Made by a program: the position numbers and the translations under genes
Notes under the pieces: model-generated
The model's input: only the letters and a program-made list of their open reading frames with translations
What the model was told of the DNA's origin: nothing
Database searches by the model: none
Assembly (NCBI RefSeq): GCF_900079115.1
Contig: NZ_LT549890.1
Coordinates: 2,010,001-2,042,000, forward strand
Source: Saccharolobus solfataricus
Lineage (GTDB): Archaea; Thermoproteota; Thermoprotei_A; Sulfolobales; Sulfolobaceae
Direction of reading: 5' to 3'
Length of the DNA stretch: 32,000 bases
Shown here: positions 17,291-27,502 of the stretch, in pieces
Numbering within the stretch: position 1 is the first letter of the stretch
Layout of the letters: every line of letters starts with the position of its first letter

Positions 17291-18382
17291 ATGGGAGTAA
17301 AAGATGAAGTGAAGTATGTAGAGATAGTGTATAGAGGTATCTTCCAGAAAAGATTAGCAAAGTACATTGCAGAAGGAATCGTTTACACTGCCAGGGAAAT
17401 GGGGAGACCAGCCTTGTCTTTTGGCAGATATGGGGACTCCCCAGAAAGAAACGGAGTACCAGCAAAATACTATGTTGGAATAGGAGATGGTGTAAATGAA
17501 GAAGACCTAATAGGTTACTCTACAAGAGTAGAACCAGATCTAGTGGATGTGATTATAGTACTAGACGATACCCTATTAAAGGGTGTAGAATCGTGGGCAT
17601 GGCAAGGAGTTCAACCCATAAACCTCAAACTAAAGAGTAACGGGACAATGTTGGTAACTTCTACCAAGAGAATTAACGAGTTATTAAAAATGATACCTAA
17701 AAAGGACTTTAATTGGACTCTAGGAGTAATAAAAACTGAACCATCATTTTCGGGACTATGGGCATTTAAGGATGACTTAACCATGGAGAAAGTCTGGGGA
17801 GGATTAGCAAAGCTAAGACCTGATATCATAGATTTAGACCATTTACTTAAATATGTAACCAAAAAACAAGATGCTAACAAGAGAGTATCTGCAGTAAGAG
17901 AAGCATATTCCTCAGTAGATTATAGAACTGTGATGAAAGGTGAGGGAATAGATTTCGTATATAATCCACCTAGGTTACTAACATGGCAGGAAATGTTAGA
18001 GGGTACAGTAATTCCAGCAGTTCCGAGGGGAAAGAGGAATGAACTCTTTAAGAGAGGAACTACAAAATTTGAAAGACCTACAGTAGATTTCGATACTTGT
18101 ATCAAATGTAAACTATGTTGGGTGTACTGTCCAGATGAATGTTTCGATGAAACTCCAGATGGATATTATGATATAGCTTACGACTACTGTGTAGGATGCG
18201 GAATATGCGCTGAAGTGTGCCCAGTTAAGGATTGCATAGTAATGGTAGACGAATCGATGTTCACGGATTACAGAAGGCCATATGAGATGTGGAAAGAGGA
18301 TAAAGCAAAGTATAAGGAATGGTTAAAAACTGTAAGGCAAGCTAGGAAGGAAAGAGTTTACGTTCCGGGGTTGGGAAGATGA
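17291..18382 (+). CDS. Pyruvate/2-oxoacid:ferredoxin oxidoreductase, fused gamma-delta subunit
   Basis: 363-aa ORF. The N-terminal part resembles POR gamma (VEIVYRG...AEGIVYTAREMGRPALSFGRYGDSPERNGVPAKYYVGI). The C-terminus carries two 4Fe-4S ferredoxin motifs, CIKCKLCWVYCP and CVGCGICAEVCP. It overlaps the alpha gene by 4 nt (ATGA). Confidence 0.85.
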   Translation: MGVKDEVKYVEIVYRGIFQKRLAKYIAEGIVYTAREMGRPALSFGRYGDSPERNGVPAKYYVGIGDGVNEEDLIGYSTRVEPDLVDVIIVLDDTLLKGVESWAWQGVQPINLKLKSNGTMLVTSTKRINELLKMIPKKDFNWTLGVIKTEPSFSGLWAFKDDLTMEKVWGGLAKLRPDIIDLDHLLKYVTKKQDANKRVSAVREAYSSVDYRTVMKGEGIDFVYNPPRLLTWQEMLEGTVIPAVPRGKRNELFKRGTTKFERPTVDFDTCIKCKLCWVYCPDECFDETPDGYYDIAYDYCVGCGICAEVCPVKDCIVMVDESMFTDYRRPYEMWKEDKAKYKEWLKTVRQARKERVYVPGLGR

Positions 18383-19626
18383 CTGAGGTTAAGAAATTAG
18401 TAGAAAGAGAGGTATTAATGAATGGAACACAAGCAGTAGCTCATGCAGCAATGTACGCCGATGTAGACGTTGTTGCTGCATATCCAATTAGACCATATAC
18501 TGAAGTTATGGATACGATTTCCAAATTAATAGCCGATGGAGAATTAGATGCGGAGTTCATAGTTGCTGAGGGAGAACATGGACAGTTTGAGACCGTGAAG
18601 CACGCATCATTAGCGGGGGCAAGGACTCTAGTGGGGAGTAGTGGAGTGGGTTGGCTTTACGCAATGGAAGCAATAGTAGTTACTGCTACAGATCGTGCTC
18701 CAGTAGTCGCAATAATAGGAAATAGAGCTTTAGATGATCCTGGAGCCTATGGAGTTGAACATAATGACGCATTAATGGTGAGAGACGTGGGTTGGCTATT
18801 GGTTTGGGTAGATACTGCTCAAGAGGCTTTCGATACTGCATTACTAGCTTATAGGATAGCTGAGGATCAAAGGGTATTACTACCATTAGGTATCTCTATG
18901 GATGGTGGATTTCTAACACACTCGGAACAGATAGTAAGATTGCCTCCTAGAGAACTAGTTAAGAACTTCTTACCACCATATAATAGAGGTAAGTACTTGG
19001 TTCACCCTGATAATCCGATTACGGTAGCTCCTCAAGTTAATGAGGATTGGGTTATGGAAATAAGAAGACAACACGAAGAGGCCATGGAGAGGGCTAGAAG
19101 TGTAATAGTTGAGGCTTATGAAGAATTTAAAAAGGTATTTGGAAGATATCCCGGCTCAACTAGCGATTTACAGATGCCAGAAAACCCATTTGTAGAACCG
19201 TATATGATTGATGACGCAGAGGTAGTGCTAATTGGAATGGGAACAGTATCTAAACCGATGAAGGTCGCAATAAAGAATATGAGACGGCAAGGCTATAAGG
19301 TGGGAATGTTAAGGATAAGATGGTTCAGGCCATTCCCAACACAAGATGTTATTAGGTATTTAGCTAATTCTAGAGTAGTGTGTGTTATTGATAGGGATTA
19401 CTCAATGGGATCTCCAAATAGAGGAGGCGTGATTTACCACGAAGTTAGATCTTCGTTATACGATCTAGATCAGAGGCCTAGAGTTATGAATTTCATAGGA
19501 GGATTAGGTGGGAGGGAAATAACTATCCAAGATGTGGAAAAGATAATTAAGATAGGTTATGAACATAGAGATACTCCCATAACGAAACCCGTTTATTGGG
19601 TTGGGGTAAGAGGAGACCCTTGGTAA
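18379..19626 (+). CDS. porA: Pyruvate/2-oxoacid:ferredoxin oxidoreductase, alpha subunit
   Basis: 415-aa ORF. MNGTQAVAHAAMYADVDVVAAYPIRPYTEVMD...AEGEHGQFE...GSSGVGWLYAMEA is the typical PorA/VorA N-terminal domain. Confidence 0.9.
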   Translation: MTEVKKLVEREVLMNGTQAVAHAAMYADVDVVAAYPIRPYTEVMDTISKLIADGELDAEFIVAEGEHGQFETVKHASLAGARTLVGSSGVGWLYAMEAIVVTATDRAPVVAIIGNRALDDPGAYGVEHNDALMVRDVGWLLVWVDTAQEAFDTALLAYRIAEDQRVLLPLGISMDGGFLTHSEQIVRLPPRELVKNFLPPYNRGKYLVHPDNPITVAPQVNEDWVMEIRRQHEEAMERARSVIVEAYEEFKKVFGRYPGSTSDLQMPENPFVEPYMIDDAEVVLIGMGTVSKPMKVAIKNMRRQGYKVGMLRIRWFRPFPTQDVIRYLANSRVVCVIDRDYSMGSPNRGGVIYHEVRSSLYDLDQRPRVMNFIGGLGGREITIQDVEKIIKIGYEHRDTPITKPVYWVGVRGDPW

Positions 19627-19644
19627 AAGTGGAGGTGATATGAA

Positions 19645-20661
19645 ATGGTTGAAAAGGAATTGGAAGAAAAAGTGTATAAGTCTATAATTAAGACAATAAA
19701 AGACACACCGTTAGAGGAGTTCTATACATCTGGTCATAGGACTTGCCAAGGATGCGAGTCGGCACTAGTGATGAGATTTTTAGCTAAAGCTGCTGGACCA
19801 AGAACAATAGTTATAGGAGCTACTGGATGCATGTATGTAGCAAATACTACATATTATACTACGTCATGGATAGTTCCATGGGTTCACACACAACTGGGAG
19901 GAACAGGTGCAGCTGCATTAGGTACTGCCGCTGCACTTAGGGCATTAATGAGGAAAGGAAAAATAAAGCAAGAACCTATAAACGTGATAGCCTTCTGTGG
20001 AGACCTAGGATGCGCGGATATGGGTTTATCTGGAGTTTCAAATGCAATGACTTATGATTATAACTTACTCATAATACTTTATGATAATGAGTCCTCAGCA
20101 AATACTGATATTCAGGAGACTAGTATGACACCATTTGGAGCGCAAACATCATTTAGTAGACCCGGTAAACAAAGAAGAATAATGAAGAAAAGGTGGAAAA
20201 AGAGCGTAGTCCCAATGATAATAGCTGGACATAGGAACGTTAGATATGCAGCCACTATGACTCCTGCCTATCCACTGGACTCCATGAATAAGATCAGAAA
20301 GGCATTAACGATAGGGGGACCAACGTTCATTCATTCGTTAGACCCGTGCCCGAAGGGATGGGATTACGATCCGAAATTCTCTCACGAACTGGGAGTATTG
20401 GCAGTAGAGACAGGATTATGGCCACTATATGAATATATAGATGGAGAGATAGTGTACAATGAGCCTACCAAGAGCATAGTAGAGGGTAGAATGAAGAGAA
20501 AACCAGTAAAAGAGTACTTAGAAAAGCAAGGAAGATTTTCACATTTTACTGAAGAAGACATTGAATACGTCCAAAGAATGGTTGACGAGATGTATGAAGA
20601 ATGGGAAATACCTGGGGTAATGCCAATAAAGTCAATAAATGCGAAGATAAGTGATAAATAA
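19645..20661 (+). CDS. porB: Pyruvate/2-oxoacid:ferredoxin oxidoreductase, beta (TPP-binding) subunit
   Basis: 338-aa ORF with the Cys cluster GHRTCQGCES...GATGCM and the TPP-binding region FCGDLGCADMGLSG...YDNESSANT. A GGAGGTGA Shine-Dalgarno lies at 19630-19637. Confidence 0.9.
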   Translation: MVEKELEEKVYKSIIKTIKDTPLEEFYTSGHRTCQGCESALVMRFLAKAAGPRTIVIGATGCMYVANTTYYTTSWIVPWVHTQLGGTGAAALGTAAALRALMRKGKIKQEPINVIAFCGDLGCADMGLSGVSNAMTYDYNLLIILYDNESSANTDIQETSMTPFGAQTSFSRPGKQRRIMKKRWKKSVVPMIIAGHRNVRYAATMTPAYPLDSMNKIRKALTIGGPTFIHSLDPCPKGWDYDPKFSHELGVLAVETGLWPLYEYIDGEIVYNEPTKSIVEGRMKRKPVKEYLEKQGRFSHFTEEDIEYVQRMVDEMYEEWEIPGVMPIKSINAKISDK

Positions 20662-20670
20662 AGAAAAATA

Positions 20671-20692
20671 TCTTTTCTTTTTTCCTATTTTT
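20671..20692. terminator. Shared T-rich terminator region between the convergent porB and lrp-like genes
   Basis: TCTTTTCTTTTTTCCTATTTTT sits in the 51-bp gap between the two convergent stop codons. Confidence 0.45.
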
Positions 20693-20712
20693 GGAAATTT
20701 ATATTGATGTAC

Positions 20713-21180
20713 TCATAACAGTACTGAAGGATCTATCTTATATCTCTCAATTATCCTTGAAATCGAAACAGTCTTGATTCCCTTAATATTGTACAATTTA
20801 TTGGCTATAAATTGATGTGCGCTTGCATCATCTTTAAAGATCATATGTACATGTAATCTAGGCCCATTATCTAAACCGTATATCCTCACTACTTCCGGTA
20901 TTTCACCTAGGTCTTGGGCTACCTTCTTTATGGAGTATGGTACTGTCTCTATTTCCATTACTAATGAGACATTCAAACCTAAATTTACTCTGTCTATTAA
21001 GGCGACATACCCTCTTATTATTTGCGCATCTTCCAATCTCTTAATCCTATACCTTACTGTACTTATTGGTATTCCGAGCTCATCGGATAGCTCCTTTAAA
21101 CTCTTTTTAGCATTATAGCGCAAAATGTTAAGAATTTTCTCATCAGTATCATCAAGTCTTATTATATTTACTCCCATCAT
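20713..21180 (-). CDS. Lrp/AsnC family transcriptional regulator
   Basis: 155-aa ORF. The N-terminal HTH is DEKILNILRYNAKKSLKELSDELGIPISTVRYRIKRLEDAQIIRGY. The C-terminus is a RAM/ACT-like domain. The start may be either of the tandem Met codons. Confidence 0.9.
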   Translation of the reverse strand: MMGVNIIRLDDTDEKILNILRYNAKKSLKELSDELGIPISTVRYRIKRLEDAQIIRGYVALIDRVNLGLNVSLVMEIETVPYSIKKVAQDLGEIPEVVRIYGLDNGPRLHVHMIFKDDASAHQFIANKLYNIKGIKTVSISRIIERYKIDPSVLL

Positions 21181-21871
21181 TATACATTATACATTATCAA
21201 ACATAAAAGGATTATTGTAAAAATTACAAGATAATGCCTTTTTATATTGCATAAAATGAAGTTTTATATCGCTTTGTTTGATAATTTTGCAACCCTAGAT
21301 AGGTAAAGAATTATTAAAGTTTTAAATATTTATCATTTTTCAGCTGATAATTAAAACCATTAGATTATATAGAATAATTTGTATAAAAGTTTGTTAATAA
21401 ATTTTTAAATTTTTTTAAGGGTGATATATGACTCTGATGTTTAACGTTCGCCCATTTTACAACGTTAATCGTATAATTTAGATGTTACCGGAAACAAAGA
21501 TAAAGGAGGTTCTGGAATCGATTTTGATACTATTATAACTACAGAGGGCTCATTATCTGTAATGTCATCCATGACCTTGTCTAATTTGAGCGGAATTGGA
21601 AAAATTATCATTATTTAATATCAGTACGATTATAAACTAGGTCTACTATAAAAATGAAACATGTTAATAGGGTATTACGGAAATAATTGACCACTTCTAA
21701 GATAAAATTTACAAAAGTTAAAATTAACTAAGCAAACAAGTTTCCTCTTCATCTTAATCTTATAGTTAAACCTTAGGGAAGGAAAACATTCACAGTAAAT
21801 AAGCGGAATGGTTAAAAGCATTCTTGACTCTACCCAGTCATTTCAGCAATAATATTGTTAGCTACATTTAT

Positions 21872-21881
21872 TTTTTATATA
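21872..21881 (+). promoter_or_regulatory. TATA-like box TTTTTATATA for glpK (leaderless geometry)
   Basis: It is centred about 27 nt upstream of the ATG at 21904. Confidence 0.45.
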
Positions 21882-21903
21882 TTAGTTACACAGATAGCTT
21901 ATT

Positions 21904-23403
21904 ATGCCCGGTGGCTTCATCTTAGCAATAGATGAGGGAACAACAAGTGCTAGAGCAATTATATATAATCAAGATTTAGAAGTATTAGGAATAGGTCAGT
22001 ACGATTTTCCTCAACATTACCCAAGTCCAGGATATGTAGAGCACAATCCCGATGAGATATGGAATGCACAAATGTTAGCAATAAAAGAAGCTATGAAAAA
22101 GGCGAAGATAGAGTCTAGGCAAGTAGCTGGAATCGGAGTGACTAATCAGAGGGAGACTACCATATTATGGGATGCGATAAGTGGGAAACCAATTTACAAT
22201 GCAATTGTTTGGCAAGATAGAAGAACTTCTAATATAACTGATTGGCTAAAGGAGAATTACTTTGGTATGATAAAGGATAAAACCGGGCTTATTCCTGACC
22301 CTTACTTTAGTGGATCTAAAATAAAGTGGATATTGGATAATCTCCCTAATGTGAGGAGTAAGGCAGAAAAGGGCGAAATAAAGTTTGGAACTATAGATAC
22401 TTATCTTATATGGAAGTTAACTAATGGTAAGATTCACGTAACTGATTATTCAAACGCGTCAAGAACCATGCTATTCAACATAAATAAGCTAGAATGGGAT
22501 AGAGAAATCTTGGAATTATTGAAAATTCCAGAGAGTATATTACCTGAAGTGAGACCATCTAGCGATATTTACGGGTATACTGAAGTTTTGGGATCCTCTA
22601 TTCCAATCTCTGGTGATGCCGGAGATCAACAAGCTGCCTTGTTTGGTCAAGTAGCCTATGACATGGGCGAAGTAAAATCAACCTATGGGACTGGAAGTTT
22701 CATTCTGATGAATATAGGTAGCAATCCGATTTTTTCAGAAAATTTACTAACCACTATAGCTTGGGGTTTAGAGAGTAAAAGGGTTACATATGCTTTAGAA
22801 GGAAGTATATTCATAACTGGTGCGGCAGTACAGTGGTTTAGAGATGGTTTAAGAGCAATAGATGCATCGGATGACATCGAGCCATTAGCCGCAAGTGTAC
22901 CGGATACTGGTGGTGTCTATTTCGTACCAGCATTTGTCGGGTTAGGTGCACCATACTGGGATCCATACGCGAGGGGATTGATAATAGGTATTACGAGGGG
23001 GACTACAAAGGCTCATATAGCTAGAGCAATACTCGAATCAATAGCATACCAAAATAGAGACGTAATAGAAATAATGGAGAAAGAGTCTGGGACTAAGATA
23101 AACATACTAAAGGTTGATGGTGGTGGGGCTAAGGACAATTTACTGATGCAATTTCAAGCAGATATTTTGGGAATTAGGGTAGTAAGGCCGAAGGTAATGG
23201 AGACTGCATCTATGGGCGTTGCAATGTTAGCAGGTTTAGCAATAAATTATTGGAATTCACTTAACGAATTGAAACAAAAATGGACTGTCGACAAAGAGTT
23301 CATTCCCTCAATCAATAAAGAAGAAAGGGAAAGACGCTATAATGCGTGGAAAGAGGCAGTGAAGAGGTCGCTGGGTTGGGAAAAATCGTTAGGTAGTAAA
23401 TAA
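21904..23403 (+). CDS. glpK: Glycerol kinase
   Basis: 499-aa ORF with FGGY-family kinase motifs: [47 protein letters not shown] and [20 protein letters not shown]. Confidence 0.97.
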   Translation: MPGGFILAIDEGTTSARAIIYNQDLEVLGIGQYDFPQHYPSPGYVEHNPDEIWNAQMLAIKEAMKKAKIESRQVAGIGVTNQRETTILWDAISGKPIYNAIVWQDRRTSNITDWLKENYFGMIKDKTGLIPDPYFSGSKIKWILDNLPNVRSKAEKGEIKFGTIDTYLIWKLTNGKIHVTDYSNASRTMLFNINKLEWDREILELLKIPESILPEVRPSSDIYGYTEVLGSSIPISGDAGDQQAALFGQVAYDMGEVKSTYGTGSFILMNIGSNPIFSENLLTTIAWGLESKRVTYALEGSIFITGAAVQWFRDGLRAIDASDDIEPLAASVPDTGGVYFVPAFVGLGAPYWDPYARGLIIGITRGTTKAHIARAILESIAYQNRDVIEIMEKESGTKINILKVDGGGAKDNLLMQFQADILGIRVVRPKVMETASMGVAMLAGLAINYWNSLNELKQKWTVDKEFIPSINKEERERRYNAWKEAVKRSLGWEKSLGSK

Positions 23404-23904
23404 CTATGGTCATTCAGTCTTTGACCAGAACCCGTTTATGACATTTTTCATATAGAGGTTCCATAGGGGAAATTTTCTGGAATTTCACTACTGAAACCAT
23501 ATATAGAATGAGGAGGAGACTAGAAATTACGACCTGTTCGTCTCGCCCTTTTGACAGTTCATATGTTTACAGTTTACCTTTTTCATCTTCATCACTTCAT
23601 AACTAGTGGAGTTAACTAACACCGTTCCATTGACTCAGCACAAGACCAGGCTTGGGTTTTTCGCTCAATTAGCCCTCCTCGGAGTTCGTGAATATATAGA
23701 TATGGTGCGGGGACACTTAACCTATACCCATCGTCTTGAGCTTTCCCCCATCCGCAGTGTTTTAAAGAATGTAACATTAAAAACTTCACACCATTATGGA
23801 TGGTAATGCTTGTCGTTCTTTTGCCACTAATAATTAGATCTAGATAACCACTTATTATAAATAAAGAATTACAAGAAAAACGCATTAATTACATTTTAAA
23901 GAAA

Positions 23905-25176
23905 TTATTTAACTCCCTCGGAGGTTACTTCTAATGGTTTTTTAGCTGTTTCTTTGCTTAAGAGTATTGAAATTATAAATGCTATTAAACATACTGAACC
24001 AAACATTATTAAGGAGTTGAAAAACCCCATCTGTTTAGTTAATATTGGAAAGTAGAATACACCAAGAACAGAGCCAACTCTGCTAATTGCAGTAGCAAAC
24101 CCTTGTCCAATCGCTCTAACTGGTGTTGGATATAGTTCTGTTGGATAGAATAGGGTTACTGCACCAGCCCACTGCTCTAACGCAACAAATGACATAAAAT
24201 ATGGCACCAATATTCCTCCAGTAAATTTGTAAATCCCACCTAAGTACAGTAACAACGTCATAAAACCTAGTCCAACTAGTAATACTACTCTTCTTCCTAA
24301 AGAGTCGACAAGAAGCTCTGCAATAATGTACCCTAAAACAGAAGCTGCAGCTATGGCCAAAGTTCCAAGTACTACTTCGTACTTTGACGGAAATGCAAAT
24401 TCCTCAAGTAAAGCTGGATAATATAATCCAATTCCGTAAGCTGCGACGTCAAATAAAAACCAGACACTAGTTACAAAAAATGTAATTTTTAGTAATTTCC
24501 CTTTAAATAAATCAACCACGCCTCTAACTCCCTTATTCTCTATTTCCCTATTTATTTCCTTAATATTGGCCTTTCCAGTAGAAACGAGCCATCTTGGAGA
24601 CTCAATTAATCTAAGCCTCAGGAGAATTATTGGTACCGATATTAAGGCACCTATAAGGAATACGTACCTCCAGAAGTAACTCCCAGTAGGTAATAAAAAT
24701 AGCGTCGCAATCCCTGATATTGCAACACCAACCCAATACATAGCTACTGATCCAGTCAAATATCTTCCCCTAGATCTAGAAGGTGAGAGCTCAGACATTA
24801 ATGTGCTGCTTATTGGATAGTCTCCCCCTATTCCTATTCCCAATAATAACCTTGAGATGAAAAGTTCGACAAAATTTTGGGAAATTGCAGTTAAAATACC
24901 AAAAACTAAAAAGAAGAAAAGATCAAGTCCCATTATTTTACTTCTACCCATCTTATCTGATAACCATCCAAACACTATTGATCCAGGTATCATACCGATT
25001 AGTGACGCTGCTAGTAGTAAGCCGTACTTAACTGTTGTTAAGGAAAACTCCTTCAATATTATTGTGGCTGCAAATGATATTGAGTTTAGATCATAACCAT
25101 CTAGTAAAAACCCCGCAGAAGTTACTATGAATGTCCTAATTCTTACTGATAGCGGTATGTTGTCGAAGTAGCTCAT
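23905..25176 (-). CDS. MFS transporter (sugar-porter / metabolite:H+ symporter-like)
   Basis: 423-aa ORF with 12 TM segments, [11 protein letters not shown] after TM2, the ESPRWL motif typical of sugar-porter type MFS, and [11 protein letters not shown] in the C-terminal half. Confidence 0.85.
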   Translation of the reverse strand: MSYFDNIPLSVRIRTFIVTSAGFLLDGYDLNSISFAATIILKEFSLTTVKYGLLLAASLIGMIPGSIVFGWLSDKMGRSKIMGLDLFFFLVFGILTAISQNFVELFISRLLLGIGIGGDYPISSTLMSELSPSRSRGRYLTGSVAMYWVGVAISGIATLFLLPTGSYFWRYVFLIGALISVPIILLRLRLIESPRWLVSTGKANIKEINREIENKGVRGVVDLFKGKLLKITFFVTSVWFLFDVAAYGIGLYYPALLEEFAFPSKYEVVLGTLAIAAASVLGYIIAELLVDSLGRRVVLLVGLGFMTLLLYLGGIYKFTGGILVPYFMSFVALEQWAGAVTLFYPTELYPTPVRAIGQGFATAISRVGSVLGVFYFPILTKQMGFFNSLIMFGSVCLIAFIISILLSKETAKKPLEVTSEGVK

Positions 25177-25229
25177 TAATATTATTTCGTTATTTTATAA
25201 AATAAAAGTGTTTCTATGAGAAAAAGATT

Positions 25230-26102
25230 TTACTTCGAGAGGTATTTCCAAGACAGTACTATACCTATTGTAGATAATATTATGGCAAATAATCCTAGAT
25301 AGAGAAAGTCTATAGCAAGATTAGTACTTATTCCCAGTAACATCCCTCTCGCAACCCCATTAGAATACGTTAATGGATTAATGTAGGCTACTGGCTTTAA
25401 CCAATACGGCATTGATTTTACTGGATAGAATGCGTTGCTGGTAAAGAGTAATGGTAGGTTTAGTAAATTCATTATAGCCATTTGTGATTCCCAACTAGTA
25501 GCTCTCAGAGCTAGCATTAGAAATAATGAAGATAAGCCGAAGGACATTAGGAACAATGCAGCGTAGACTCCTAGGAAGTCAAGAGGGTTAATTTCTGGTG
25601 CAAAAGTCATTCCGAGCAGTACTGCAACTACAAGGACAATTGTAGCTTGCACTAATGATCTTATTACCGCAGAAAGTACCTTACCTATTATTATGTTTCC
25701 TCTAGGAACTGGGGTAGTTAGAATTCTATCAAGTACTCCTAATCTTCTATCCCAAACTATTGACATACCACTCTGCATTGATGTAAATAACACTATGAAA
25801 GATAGCATCCCTGCAGCTAGGAAGGAGAAGTAATCAGTAGTTCCGAAGGTCTGTTTAAGTATCTCTAAACCTATTTGGTCTAATACTTGCTTTGGTATTG
25901 TTAAACCAGGTATATTAAAGGTGGTTTCTGTGAAGATACTGCCTAAATTCATTGCCTTACCGAATATTCCTATCCAGAATATTGGCTGTATTAATGAAAG
26001 GAGGAGTATTACGGGTGCCTTATACCACTTCTTCAGTTCCCTAGATGCTAAAGTCCACAAACCGTGGAAAACAGAATAGTTATTTCTTTCTTCCTCTATC
26101 AT
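25230..26102 (-). CDS. ABC-2 type exporter permease
   Basis: 290-aa ORF with 6 TM segments and an ABC-2 (DrrB-like) layout. It overlaps the upstream ATPase gene by 4 nt. Confidence 0.85.
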   Translation of the reverse strand: MIEEERNNYSVFHGLWTLASRELKKWYKAPVILLLSLIQPIFWIGIFGKAMNLGSIFTETTFNIPGLTIPKQVLDQIGLEILKQTFGTTDYFSFLAAGMLSFIVLFTSMQSGMSIVWDRRLGVLDRILTTPVPRGNIIIGKVLSAVIRSLVQATIVLVVAVLLGMTFAPEINPLDFLGVYAALFLMSFGLSSLFLMLALRATSWESQMAIMNLLNLPLLFTSNAFYPVKSMPYWLKPVAYINPLTYSNGVARGMLLGISTNLAIDFLYLGLFAIILSTIGIVLSWKYLSK

Positions 26103-27118
26103 GTTCTGGCCCTCCTCATAGTTCTTCTAAACGCAAACATTTCTTGAGCACTTGCCTCTTCATCTCTTAGGCTCTTTCCAGTAAACTCCATGTACACTTC
26201 ATCCATAGTGGGTTCAGTTATTGACATTCTACTGACCTTAATTCCATTCTTAACCAGAGATTCCAATATCTCGGGGGCTTTCTCCTCACCATTTCTAACC
26301 TTAATTCTAATACCATCACTAGCTTTTCTCACATCCAAGATGCCATCCTTTGATGAAGATATTATCTTAATGGCTAGTTCATCATTACTGGTTTGAAGCG
26401 AAACCACATCTCCACCAACCTTTTCCTTCAATTCCTTAGGGCTTCCTATTGCCAAGATCTTTCCTTTATCAATGATCGCAATTCTATCTCCGTACATATC
26501 CGCCTCTTCTAAATAATGTGTTGTCACGAAAATTGTCATTTTGTATTCCTCCTTGAGTTTCATTATGTATTGCCATATTGCGGCCCTTGTTTGTGCATCT
26601 AAACCTAACGTTGGTTCGTCTAAGAACAATATTCTAGGCCTACTTATTAGCGACATTGCAATTTCTAATCTCCTCCTCATTCCACCAGAGTATGTCTCCA
26701 CTTTTCTCTTAGCTGCATAGGTTAACTCAACCATCTCAAGTAACTCCTTAGCTCTCTCCTCTGCTATTCTTTTCGGAATTCCATAAAGTCCTGCCATCAT
26801 CATCATGTTTTCCCAACCGGTTAAGTCTTCATCTGCTGTGTATTCTTGCGGAACTACACCAATTGATTGTCTAACTAATGCAGGCTGTTTTATTACATCA
26901 TATCCACTAACCGTCGCAGTACCCTCAGATGGTTTCAATACTGTAGTTAACATTTTAATTGTAGTTGACTTTCCAGCACCGTTGGGACCTAGAAAACCAA
27001 ATATTTCTCCCTCATATACTTCGAAGTTAATGTGATCGACTGCGACAAATTTCCCAAATCTCTTAGTCAGATTTATAGCCTTTATTGCAACATTACGCAT
27101 TTTTAACAACCTCCTCAA
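26099..27118 (-). CDS. ABC transporter ATP-binding protein (DrrA-like, with C-terminal accessory domain)
   Basis: 339-aa ORF with Walker A GPNGAGKST, signature YSGGMRRRL, Walker B LFLDEPT and an H-loop TTHY, plus a C-terminal beta domain of about 100 aa. The true start may be Met7 (ATG at 27098-27100), which reduces the overlap with padR from 26 to 8 nt. Confidence 0.9.
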   Translation of the reverse strand: MRRLLKMRNVAIKAINLTKRFGKFVAVDHINFEVYEGEIFGFLGPNGAGKSTTIKMLTTVLKPSEGTATVSGYDVIKQPALVRQSIGVVPQEYTADEDLTGWENMMMMAGLYGIPKRIAEERAKELLEMVELTYAAKRKVETYSGGMRRRLEIAMSLISRPRILFLDEPTLGLDAQTRAAIWQYIMKLKEEYKMTIFVTTHYLEEADMYGDRIAIIDKGKILAIGSPKELKEKVGGDVVSLQTSNDELAIKIISSSKDGILDVRKASDGIRIKVRNGEEKAPEILESLVKNGIKVSRMSITEPTMDEVYMEFTGKSLRDEEASAQEMFAFRRTMRRART

Positions 27119-27500
27119 TTTCCTTTATTGCACTAATGATCCGGTGCTTGTATTCGATTAGTTTATTCCTTTCAACTTCTTTAAAGAATTGCGCTAATCC
27201 CTCAAGTTCTTGTACAGAATCCTCAATACTATTAATCTGTTTGATAGGTAAAAATTCCTTAATCTCTTCAGATCCCTTAGCGGTAATCTTGTATTTACCA
27301 TCTGAAGTTTTCTCTATGACTCCTTCTTCTTCCATTTTATTAAGGAGTGGATATATGGAACCAGGTGAAGGTTTCCAAAATCCCCACGTCATCTTATTAA
27401 TATCATCAATTATTTCAATACCTCTTCTAGGGGATTGCCACAGCAACCAAAGCGTCATTAATCTTAATCTCCCTTTCTGTCTAGCTATTAACTCGCTCAT
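27093..27500 (-). CDS. PadR family transcriptional regulator
   Basis: 135-aa ORF. The core LLWQSPRRGIEIIDDINKMTWGFWKPSPGSIYPLLNKMEEEGVIEK is the PadR winged-helix signature (GSIYP.L..LE..G.I). It is the first gene of the padR-ABC ATPase-permease operon. Confidence 0.85.
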   Translation of the reverse strand: MSELIARQKGRLRLMTLWLLWQSPRRGIEIIDDINKMTWGFWKPSPGSIYPLLNKMEEEGVIEKTSDGKYKITAKGSEEIKEFLPIKQINSIEDSVQELEGLAQFFKEVERNKLIEYKHRIISAIKEIEEVVKNA

Positions 27501-27502
27501 AC

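Noticed and set aside
17274-17465. 63-aa minus-strand ORF over the oxidoreductase promoter and 5' end
   Set aside because: It is antisense to a confident operon start and the peptide is Cys/Leu-rich nonsense.
23606-23885. Two mutually overlapping ORFs (66 aa plus strand, 89 aa minus strand) in the glpK-MFS gap
   Set aside because: They overlap each other on opposite strands and have no recognisable domain or promoter geometry. The region is reported instead as a G+C-rich non-coding island.
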